From Longimicrobiales bacterium (GTDB taxonomy: Bacteria > Gemmatimonadota > Gemmatimonadetes > Longimicrobiales > Gaopeijiaceae): a stretch of DNA of 64,000 bases. Numbering within the stretch: position 1 is the stretch's first letter; each line of letters begins with the position of its first letter. The notes beneath the pieces are model-generated. The model worked only from the letters and a program-made list of their open reading frames with translations. It was not told where the DNA came from and did no database searches. The translations under genes and the position numbers were made by a program. The DNA lies in NCBI GenBank assembly GCA_965219445.1, contig CBDCNQ010000002.1:1-64000 (forward strand), given 5' to 3'. Positions 29,948-38,038 of the stretch are shown piece by piece.

Positions 29948-29973
29948 GTGTATACGGCATGGAAGAGGCAGTC

Positions 29974-31317
29974 ATGGCGCTGAAGGTGGTGCTCGCGTAC
30001 TCCGGCGGACTGGACACGTCCGTCATCGTTCCGTGGCTTCGTGAGAACTACGATGCCGAGGTGATCTGCGTGGCCGCCGATGTGGGCCAGCCGGGCGGTC
30101 TCGAGGGACTCGACGAGCAGGCCAAGGCAACCGGGGCGGCAGAATTCCACGGCGAAGATTTGCGGAGGGAGTTCGTCGAAGATTTCGTTTGGCCCACGCT
30201 GCGCTCAGGAGCGGTCTATGGACGGAAATACCTCCTGGGCACGTCCATGGCGCGTCCCATCATTGCGCGCCGGATGGTAGAGGTGGCCCGGCAGGTAGGA
30301 GCGACCGCGCTATCGCACGGGTGCACCGGCAAGGGCAACGATCAGGTCCGCTTCGAGTTGACGTTCACCGCGCTCGCGCCGGATCTGCGAGTCATCGCCC
30401 CTTGGCGTGAGTGGGACCTCCAATCCCGTGAGGACGCATTGGAGTATGCTCGAGCTCGCAAGATACCCCTCGTCGGTGTCGACGAGACGAAGCTCTATTC
30501 TCGCGACGAGAACATCTGGCATATCTCGTACGAGGGTGGTCCGCTCGAGGATCCCGCGTTCGAGCCCGAGGAGTCGATGTACCAGTGGACGCAGGCCCCT
30601 GAGGCCGCGCCAGATACGCCCGAGTACCTCGAGATCGGCTTCGACCAGGGACGGCCCGTGTCGGTCAACGGCGAGCCCCTCGATTCGGTACCCCTCCTAT
30701 TGACTCTGAACGAGATCGGATCCCGGCATGGTGTCGGGAGGATCGATCTCGTGGAGGACCGGCTGGTCGGGATGAAGTCGCGTGGTGTGTACGAGACCCC
30801 TGGGGGAACGCTTCTCCACGCCGCGCTTCAGGAGCTCGAGCAGCTCACCCTGGACCGTCGGGCCCTAGCGTTCAAGGATCAGCTTGCAGCGCGCTACGCG
30901 GATGTGGTGTACGAGGGCTGGTGGTGGACGCCCGAAAGAGAGGCCATCGATGCCTTCATGGACGTCCTCATGAAACGGGTCACTGGGGTGGTGCGCTTGA
31001 AGCTCTACAAGGGCTCGGCGTCGGTAGCGAGCCGGACGAGCCCTGAATCGCTTTACCACGCGGGACTCGCATCGTTCGGCGAGGAGGCGACCTACGACCA
31101 CGCCGATGCCGAGGGGTTCATCAAGCTGTTCGGGCTTCCTGCCCGAGTCGCGGCCGAACGCGACGGCGCCGAGAGCACGAAGAAGCCCGGTGGCGGTAAG
31201 AGCGTGAAGAAGCCCAACCCCAGCAAGAGCGCGAAGAAGAAGGACGGACAGAGCGAGACGGACGAGGCCGTTACTGAAATGATGAAGTCCGTGGGCCTCA
31301 AAACCCCGGCAGGCTGA
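29974..31317 (+). CDS. argG: Argininosuccinate synthase with Lys-rich C-terminal extension
   Basis: LAYSGGLDTS, HGCTGKGNDQVRFE, SRGVYETPGG. Confidence 0.97.
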   Translation: MALKVVLAYSGGLDTSVIVPWLRENYDAEVICVAADVGQPGGLEGLDEQAKATGAAEFHGEDLRREFVEDFVWPTLRSGAVYGRKYLLGTSMARPIIARRMVEVARQVGATALSHGCTGKGNDQVRFELTFTALAPDLRVIAPWREWDLQSREDALEYARARKIPLVGVDETKLYSRDENIWHISYEGGPLEDPAFEPEESMYQWTQAPEAAPDTPEYLEIGFDQGRPVSVNGEPLDSVPLLLTLNEIGSRHGVGRIDLVEDRLVGMKSRGVYETPGGTLLHAALQELEQLTLDRRALAFKDQLAARYADVVYEGWWWTPEREAIDAFMDVLMKRVTGVVRLKLYKGSASVASRTSPESLYHAGLASFGEEATYDHADAEGFIKLFGLPARVAAERDGAESTKKPGGGKSVKKPNPSKSAKKKDGQSETDEAVTEMMKSVGLKTPAG

Positions 31318-32699
31318 TCGGCCCGACAGCCCCCCTCTGGAGCGGCCGCATTGAGGGCGCCATGGCGGGGGCGATGGTTCCCCTGAACCGGAGCCTGGAC
31401 GTGGACATTCGACTCTGGCCCCAGGATGTCCGTGGTAGCCGGGCCTGGGCCCAGGCACTCGTGAAGGCGGGCGTTTTGGAGCCCGACGAGGGGAACACAC
31501 TGCTCGAGGGACTCGACGGTGTCGCGGCGCGCCTTTCCGAGCGCGATCACTCCGATGAACCTGACGAGGACATTCATTCCCTGGTGGAGCGGTTGCTTCA
31601 CGAAGAGGTGGGTGAGGTCGCGGGCAAGCTCCAGACGGGTCGGTCGCGCAACGACCAGGTGGCGACCGACTTTCGACTGTGGGGCAGAGAAGTGGCGGAG
31701 GGACTCATGGACGCCCTGACGGAGGTAGAGGGTGCGCTCCTGACTTGGGCGCGTGAATCCGTAGAGGTGGTCCTCCCCGGATACACCCATCTCCAGCAGG
31801 GTCAGCCGGTGCGGGCCGCTCACTGGGTTCTCTCCCACTTCTGGCCGCTAGAGCGTGACCGTGCCGCGTTGCACGGTGTGCAGGATCAAGCGGGTGTCTT
31901 GCCGCTTGGATCCGGCGCGATCGCGGGATGTCCCTTCCCCATAGACCGGGAGTTCCTAAGAACGGAACTGGGATTTCTTACGATCTCCGAGAATAGCATG
32001 GACGCGGTTAGCGATCGCGATTGGGCCCTCGGGCTCGCCTTCGTGGCCGCTCGCCTCGGGATCCACTTATCGCGGTTGGCGGAGGATCTGGTGCTATTCG
32101 GATCCAGGGAATTCGGGTTCGTCCGCTTGTCTGACGGGTTCAGCACGGGATCCAGCCTGATGCCGCAGAAACGGAATCCGGACGTGGCGGAGCTCGTGCG
32201 GGGGAAATCAGGTCGGCTGACGGGCAATCTCGTGTCGCTCCTCACGGTGTTGAAGGGACTTCCCACCGGTTACAACCGTGACCTCCAGGAAGACAAAGGA
32301 ACGCTCTTCGATTCCGTGGACACGCTCAGCATGGTGTTGCCCGCGATCGAAGGGGCCGTCCGCGGCGCGGAATTTCAAACGGACCGCATCGAGGCCGCGC
32401 TCGACCCGCAACTTCTCGCCACGGATTTGGCCGATTATCTGGTCCGGGCCGGCGTACCCTTCCGGAAGGCTCACGAGGTCGTCGCCACGGTCGTGCGCGT
32501 CGCGGAGAACCAGGGCGTTGCGGTGAACCAGCTTCCGCTCGAGGCGTTCCAGGAGGCACACGCGGCGTTCGGTGCCGATGTGCTCGACGTGTTCGAATGG
32601 GAACGCTCGCTCGAGGCCCGGGAAGCCCCAGGAGGCACGGCCCGAAAGGCGGTTATGAAGCAGATCAAGACTGCGGAGACGTGCCTCCAGCAGCCCTAG
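31314..32699 (+). CDS. argH: Argininosuccinate lyase
   Basis: [40 protein letters not shown]; the conserved LWxGR lies upstream of the first ATG (31362), implying a CTG start at 31314. Confidence 0.95.
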   Translation: MIGPTAPLWSGRIEGAMAGAMVPLNRSLDVDIRLWPQDVRGSRAWAQALVKAGVLEPDEGNTLLEGLDGVAARLSERDHSDEPDEDIHSLVERLLHEEVGEVAGKLQTGRSRNDQVATDFRLWGREVAEGLMDALTEVEGALLTWARESVEVVLPGYTHLQQGQPVRAAHWVLSHFWPLERDRAALHGVQDQAGVLPLGSGAIAGCPFPIDREFLRTELGFLTISENSMDAVSDRDWALGLAFVAARLGIHLSRLAEDLVLFGSREFGFVRLSDGFSTGSSLMPQKRNPDVAELVRGKSGRLTGNLVSLLTVLKGLPTGYNRDLQEDKGTLFDSVDTLSMVLPAIEGAVRGAEFQTDRIEAALDPQLLATDLADYLVRAGVPFRKAHEVVATVVRVAENQGVAVNQLPLEAFQEAHAAFGADVLDVFEWERSLEAREAPGGTARKAVMKQIKTAETCLQQP

Positions 32700-33732
32700 A
32701 GGCTGCGACGTTGAGACCCTCCAGCGCCCTCCCCGCCGCCGCCGCAAATGGTGCCAGGTCGGCCATGAGTGAGTCGAATTCTTCGAACAACAACGACTGG
32801 TCCCCGTCGGATACGGCCATCTCGGGGTCGGGATGGACCTCCACGATGAGGCCATCGGCCCCCGCAGCGATGGCCGCGTAGGAAAGGGCCGGCACCAGGT
32901 CTCGCCGCCCTGCGGCATGGCTGGGATCGGCCACTACGGGCAGGTGTGTTTCCTTCTTGAGCACGGGGATTGCGGCCAGATCGAACGTGTTGCGCGTCGC
33001 GTCTTCGAACGTTCGGATGCCTCGCTCACAGAGCACCACGTTCATGTTCCCTTGCTTCATGACGTACTCGGCGGCCAGGAGGAGGTCCTGGATCTTGGCC
33101 GACATGCCGCGCTTGAGAAGGATCGGCCTGTGGAGCCGTCCGACTTCCGTGAGGAGGGAGAAATTCTGCATGTTTCGGGCTCCGATCTGCAGCATGTCGG
33201 CGTACTCCGCGACAAGGTCGACCTGACGGGTATCCATGACTTCCGTCACCACCGGGAGCCCGGTCTCGGCTCGCACGTCCGCGAGCATCTTCAAGCCCTC
33301 CTCACCGAGACCGTCGAAGGCGTAGGGAGAGCTCCTCGGTTTGAACGCCCCACCGCGTAATCCGGTCGCTCCCGCCGCCTTCACGCGCCGTGCCGTATCC
33401 TGGAGCATGAGGAGGTTCTCGACGGAGCACGGTCCCGCGACGATCGAAAGGGCGTTGCCTCCTACCGTTGCGCCCCCGAGGGGAACCTCCGTGGGCTGCA
33501 TGTCGGCTTGCCGGCTCGCCAGCTTGTACGGCTTCATGACCGGGCGAACACCCTCGACACCAGGAATCGAGAGCAGGGGCACGTTGGCAAGTTGTTCCGG
33601 ATCTCCGATACAAAGCACGACCGTCCGGTGCTCGCCTCGAATGAGGTGCGTGCGAGGGCCTAGGGACTCGATTCTTTCCCGGATGTGGTCGAGTTCTTCG
33701 TCGGTCACGCCGGGGCGGGTGACAATGATCAT
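32665..33732 (-). CDS. aroF: 3-deoxy-7-phosphoheptulonate (DAHP) synthase type I-beta with N-terminal ACT-like domain
   Basis: MIIV..., [42 protein letters not shown]. Confidence 0.95.
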   Translation of the reverse strand: MIIVTRPGVTDEELDHIRERIESLGPRTHLIRGEHRTVVLCIGDPEQLANVPLLSIPGVEGVRPVMKPYKLASRQADMQPTEVPLGGATVGGNALSIVAGPCSVENLLMLQDTARRVKAAGATGLRGGAFKPRSSPYAFDGLGEEGLKMLADVRAETGLPVVTEVMDTRQVDLVAEYADMLQIGARNMQNFSLLTEVGRLHRPILLKRGMSAKIQDLLLAAEYVMKQGNMNVVLCERGIRTFEDATRNTFDLAAIPVLKKETHLPVVADPSHAAGRRDLVPALSYAAIAAGADGLIVEVHPDPEMAVSDGDQSLLFEEFDSLMADLAPFAAAAGRALEGLNVAASRAAGGTSPQS

Positions 33733-33782
33733 GGTCTTCTCAGCTTGTGAGTGGTGGCCCGCTTCCCGAATGAAAGGCCACG

Positions 33783-33812
33783 AAAAAAGGCCCCCGACCA
33801 AGAGTCGAGAGC
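33783..33812 (-). terminator. Intrinsic terminator (attenuator) in the aroF leader
   Basis: Minus strand GCTCTCGAC-TCTTG-GTCGGGGGC followed by T7. Confidence 0.8.
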
Positions 33813-33849
33813 CTCGGGACGAAACGCGTTTGCGCTCAGCGCGCGCGCA

Positions 33850-33918
33850 TCAGCCGCTGGCTCCCGGAGGGGGCCACCCGGTAAAGTAGAAAGCCTGATG
33901 CTTGTGCGCGTGAATCAT
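33850..33918 (-). CDS. Aromatic-amino-acid leader peptide MIHAHKHQAFYFTGWPPPGASG (22 aa)
   Basis: Manual translation; F-Y-F-x-x-W cluster directly upstream of terminator and DAHP synthase. Confidence 0.8.
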   Translation of the reverse strand: MIHAHKHQAFYFTGWPPPGASG

Positions 33919-33925
33919 GGGCTAA

Positions 33926-33954
33926 AAGCTGTGCTTCCAGTGATCATGAGTCAA
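33926..33954 (-). promoter_or_regulatory. Promoter candidate for the aroF leader
   Basis: TTGACT-17 bp-CAGCTT; would start transcription about at the leader ATG. Confidence 0.4.
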
Positions 33955-34045
33955 GAGACGGTCTGGTCTGTGGCCCTCGGCGTTCTTAGATTCCGGCAGT
34001 AAAACCGCTTTGTCAGACACTTTTTGCACGTCGGAGGAGCTATAC

Positions 34046-34984
34046 ATGTCCACGGCCGCCGTTGCTGCGGGGTCCACGGTCACGGCGAGCGTTACGCGCC
34101 CCGTCCTCGATGAACTCGATGTCCCACTCGGGAAACGCGTACGCCTTCGTAGACTGCTCTATGGACGGGGGTTGAAGAACGGAACGCTTCTCATCCTCCC
34201 GATCGACCAGGGTTTGGAGCACGGTCCGATCGATTTTTTCCCCAATCCGCCCTCCCAGGATCCGGACTATCAGTGGCGGCTGGCGTTGGAGGGCAACTAC
34301 AACGCCGTGGCGTGCCACTACGGGCTCGCCCGCAAGTACATGGCGAAGTACGCGGGGGAGGTCCCACTTCTTCTGAAGATCAACGGAAAGACCACGATAC
34401 CCTCCGATGCGGAGGCCTTTTCGTCGTTGACCGGCAGCGTTGAGGACGCAGTATCGATGGGCGCCGACGCCGTCGGGTACACCCTTTATGTCGGTTCTCC
34501 CCGGCAGGACGAGGATCTCCAACAACTCCAGCTCGTTCGTGAGGACTGCGACAAGTACAACATGCCTCTGGTGGTGTGGTCGTATCCAAGGGGTGCCGCG
34601 ATCGAGGAGAAGGGGGGACGCGACAGCCTCTATGCCGTCGACTATGCGGCCCGAGTCGCCCTCGAAATGGGTGCCGACATCGTGAAGCTGAACATTCCAA
34701 AGCACGGTCCGAAGGACGCCGATCAGCCCGGGGAATACTCCGGGATCGAGTACGACTATCGGGAGGGCGCGAGGCGGGTGGTGGAGTCCGCGGGGCGCTG
34801 TCTCGTACTCTTTTCCGGGGGAAGCAAGCTCGGCGATGACGACCTCATGACCAAAGTGCGTACGGGCCTGGAAGCCGGCGCGACAGGTCTCATCTTCGGC
34901 CGCAACATGTGGCAGCGGCCCTTCGATGAGGCGCTTGCCATCACCGAGCGAGTCCACGAGGTGATGAAGGAGTTCGGCGCCTGA
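34046..34984 (+). CDS. fbaB: Class I fructose-bisphosphate aldolase (DhnA/FbaB family)
   Basis: LPIDQGLEHGP, AVGYTLYVGS, WSYPRG, GADIVK, GLIFGRNMWQR. Confidence 0.88.
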   Translation: MSTAAVAAGSTVTASVTRPVLDELDVPLGKRVRLRRLLYGRGLKNGTLLILPIDQGLEHGPIDFFPNPPSQDPDYQWRLALEGNYNAVACHYGLARKYMAKYAGEVPLLLKINGKTTIPSDAEAFSSLTGSVEDAVSMGADAVGYTLYVGSPRQDEDLQQLQLVREDCDKYNMPLVVWSYPRGAAIEEKGGRDSLYAVDYAARVALEMGADIVKLNIPKHGPKDADQPGEYSGIEYDYREGARRVVESAGRCLVLFSGGSKLGDDDLMTKVRTGLEAGATGLIFGRNMWQRPFDEALAITERVHEVMKEFGA

Positions 34985-35017
34985 CGAAGCCACCGGTCCG
35001 CACTCCGGGAGGGCCAC

Positions 35018-35779
35018 GTGACGGACGCTGACTCCATGAAGAGAGCGGTGGGCACGGAAGCGGCCGAACTCGTGGAGAGCGGGATGCGTTTGGGGCTGGG
35101 CACTGGATCGACCGTGGCCCACTTGTTGACCGCTCTGGCCAATAGGCTCGACACGGGTAGGCTGGTCGATGTGGTCGGCGTACCCACGTCTCTTCGCACG
35201 GCTCACGAGGCCCGGGAACTTGGCATTCCGCTGACCTCCTTGACCGAGACTCCCGTTCTCGATTTGACGATCGATGGCGCCGATGAGGTCGATCCCGAGT
35301 TGAACCTCATCAAGGGTCTCGGGGGAGCGCTTCTCCGGGAAAAGATAGTGGCCCAGGCCTCTCGACGGTTGGCGATCATGGTCGACGACACCAAGATGGT
35401 GCCCGCACTTGGGACACGGTGCCTCGTGCCGCTCGAGGTGATACAGTTCGGATGGGAGGTCCACGGCGGGTTCGTGGAGTCGTTCGGCGCCCAACCCACG
35501 CTACGGGTGGGGCCGGACGGAGAGCCGATGGTCACGGACAATGGCAACTACATCATCGACTGCCATTTCCCGGACGGAATCGCCGACGCTGAAAACTTTG
35601 AGCTGGCCATCCGTACGAGAGCCGGAATCGTGGAATCCGGGCTCTTTCTCGGAATGGCGACCGAAGTGCTGGTGAGTGGTCCGGCTGGTGTTGAAAGGCT
35701 GACGAGGGGAGATGGTGCCGTCATGAGAGATGGCCCCGCGGAGGGAGATGGTCCCGTGACGGGAGGCCACGCCCCATGA
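35018..35779 (+). CDS. rpiA: Ribose-5-phosphate isomerase A
   Basis: GLGTGST, DGADEVD, IKGLGGALLREKIV, TDNGN. Confidence 0.96.
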   Translation: MTDADSMKRAVGTEAAELVESGMRLGLGTGSTVAHLLTALANRLDTGRLVDVVGVPTSLRTAHEARELGIPLTSLTETPVLDLTIDGADEVDPELNLIKGLGGALLREKIVAQASRRLAIMVDDTKMVPALGTRCLVPLEVIQFGWEVHGGFVESFGAQPTLRVGPDGEPMVTDNGNYIIDCHFPDGIADAENFELAIRTRAGIVESGLFLGMATEVLVSGPAGVERLTRGDGAVMRDGPAEGDGPVTGGHAP

Positions 35780-36498
35780 CGGTTCTGATCGCTCCATCCA
35801 TTCTTTCCGCAGATTTTGGGCGTCTGGCCGAGCAGGTGTCGGAGGCGGACGAAGCCGGAGCCGACTGGATTCACGTGGACGTTATGGACGGGCACTTCGT
35901 CCCCAACATCACGATCGGACCTGCGGTGACATCGGCCGTGCGGGCAGCTACGGACCTCCCCGTCGACGTGCACCTGATGATCGAAGAGCCCGACCTGTAC
36001 CTCTCCGCCTTCGCGGATGCCGGAGCCGACTACATCACGGTTCATCAGGAGGCGTGCTCCCATCTCCACAAGACCATCGAGCGTATTCGCCAACTGGCCG
36101 TACGCCCCGGCGTGACACTGAATCCGGCTACGTCCGTCGAGACGCTGGCGGAAGTCGTACGCGAGATCGATCTCGCTCTGATCATGTCAGTAAATCCAGG
36201 GTTCGGAGGGCAGGCGTACATTCCGTCGAGTACCGAGAAGATCCGCCGGCTCCGGGCGATGCTCGACGAAAAAGGCGCGGGCGGCGCCGAGCTCGAGGTG
36301 GATGGAGGGGTGAATGTCGACACGGCGGGCACGGCGAGCCGGGCGGGGGCGTCCGTGCTCGTGGCCGGAGCGGCGGTTTTTGGCCATTCGGGCGGCATTG
36401 GGGAGGCGATCCGGTTGATCCGAAGCGCCGCCGAGGATGGAAGCGCTGCCGAAGAGAGTGGACTGGCAGAGGAGGGTGGAGCGGACGGAGTCCGGTGA
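35776..36498 (+). CDS. rpe: Ribulose-phosphate 3-epimerase
   Basis: APSILSADF, HVDVMDGHFVPNIT, MSVNPGFGGQ, EVDGG. Confidence 0.96.
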   Translation: MTVLIAPSILSADFGRLAEQVSEADEAGADWIHVDVMDGHFVPNITIGPAVTSAVRAATDLPVDVHLMIEEPDLYLSAFADAGADYITVHQEACSHLHKTIERIRQLAVRPGVTLNPATSVETLAEVVREIDLALIMSVNPGFGGQAYIPSSTEKIRRLRAMLDEKGAGGAELEVDGGVNVDTAGTASRAGASVLVAGAAVFGHSGGIGEAIRLIRSAAEDGSAAEESGLAEEGGADGVR

Positions 36499-37235
36499 AC
36501 CCGTCGCCGACGCTCCTTGCCGTGCTGGCGCACCCGGACGATGAGGTGCTCTGTGCCGGCGCTCTACTCGCCCAACGGGCCGCTGGCTCGCGGGTCGTAG
36601 TACTGTGGCTCACCCGAGGGGAGATGACGGACGCTTTCGGCCCACTCCCGACGGCGGAGGTAGCCAAGCGCCGGATGGACCTGGGTATGCGGGTGGCGGA
36701 GTGTTTGGGCGTCGAAGGACGCTTCCTCTCGTTTCCGGACTCCGCAGTCCAGGCGACGTCTGAAGCGGGCGACGAGGTCGCCAGGGTCATGGCCGAGATC
36801 AAGCCCCATGGGCTCCTTACCTGGGGGGATGCATGGGCCCGAGGCTTCCGGCATCCGGACCACCAGGCGACGGGAAAAATCGCGCGCGACGCGGTCAATT
36901 TCGCACGCATCTCCAAGGTTGTAGAGCCAGAGGAACCCCACAGAGCGTTCTGCCCAATCTTCACGTTGCGGGGTGTGCACTCCAGCCTCCCAACCGTCGC
37001 GCTTGACGTAAGTGGGTATGCGGACAAGATATTTGAAGTGGCGGATATTTATCGACGAGCGATCGGCTTCGGGGCTCCCGAGTGGCTCGAGGGTCGTCTT
37101 CGTTCCGCTGGAAGTCGATGGGGCCGAGATCTGGTTGAAGAGTTCGACGCTTGGGAGACCGGGTCCGGACTGGTCGATCAGCTGTTACCCCATCGAGACG
37201 GGCCATTCTATCATCACCCGGAGAGAGAAACTTGA
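36495..37235 (+). CDS. PIG-L/LmbE family deacetylase
   Basis: AHPDDE, TRGE, HPDH; GTGA overlap with rpe. Confidence 0.88.
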   Translation: MNPSPTLLAVLAHPDDEVLCAGALLAQRAAGSRVVVLWLTRGEMTDAFGPLPTAEVAKRRMDLGMRVAECLGVEGRFLSFPDSAVQATSEAGDEVARVMAEIKPHGLLTWGDAWARGFRHPDHQATGKIARDAVNFARISKVVEPEEPHRAFCPIFTLRGVHSSLPTVALDVSGYADKIFEVADIYRRAIGFGAPEWLEGRLRSAGSRWGRDLVEEFDAWETGSGLVDQLLPHRDGPFYHHPERET

Positions 37236-37304
37236 ACTCGATCGCGGCCCGTCCGCGATTCGGCAAAGTGAACCCTCCCGGGGGAAGAAGCTGAGCGGGA
37301 ATCC

Positions 37305-37667
37305 ATGTCCATAGATCCGACCATCATCGATCCGGCCGCCCTAAAGAGATTAGAGGGCTGGGGCGGTACGAAGCTTTCAAGAGAGATCGTTCGACTCTTC
37401 CTCGACAACGGCCCCACGCGGGTCGACCAGATTCGTGGGGCCATGAACGGAGATGATCTCGAGGTGCCCGAGCGGGGTGCCCACTCGTTGAAATCCAGCG
37501 CCGCGAATGTCGGGGCGCAACAACTCCAGAGCGTCGCGAGTGAGCTCGAGCTGGCAGCGTCGGGTGGCGACCTCCAACGTGTTCGGGATCTCATTCCCAA
37601 TCTCGAGCAGGCGTACGCTCAGGCCGCTGGAGAGTTGGCGGTGATTGTCGAGGAAGACGGGGAATGA
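37305..37667 (+). CDS. Hpt phosphotransfer protein
   Basis: AHSLKSSAANVGA. Confidence 0.9.
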   Translation: MSIDPTIIDPAALKRLEGWGGTKLSREIVRLFLDNGPTRVDQIRGAMNGDDLEVPERGAHSLKSSAANVGAQQLQSVASELELAASGGDLQRVRDLIPNLEQAYAQAAGELAVIVEEDGE

Positions 37668-38038
37668 AGCCTAAAATCGCTGTCGTTGAGGATAACATCG
37701 ACAATCGCCTCCTCGTCCGGGCCATTCTCGAAGAGCAGTACGAGATCTCCGAATACGAGAACGGGATGGAAGTCATGGACGGCCTGGCCGACGACATCCC
37801 GGACCTCGTTCTGCTCGACATCTCTCTGCCGGGAATGGATGGCACCGAGGTGCTCGAGTGGGTCAGGTCTCAGGAGGGATTGAGTAGCCTCCCCGTGATC
37901 GCGCTGACCGCCCATGCCATGTCCGGCGATCGGGAGAAGTACCTCGAGATGGGTTTCGACGAGTACGTCACGAAGCCGATCGTCGATGAGGAAATTCTCA
38001 TGGAGGCTATCGAGCGTCTGCTCGCCAGATCGCTGTGA
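37664..38038 (+). CDS. Single-domain response regulator (DivK-like)
   Basis: VEDN, LLDISLPGMDG, ALTAHAMSGDRE, TKP. Confidence 0.9.
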   Translation: MKPKIAVVEDNIDNRLLVRAILEEQYEISEYENGMEVMDGLADDIPDLVLLDISLPGMDGTEVLEWVRSQEGLSSLPVIALTAHAMSGDREKYLEMGFDEYVTKPIVDEEILMEAIERLLARSL

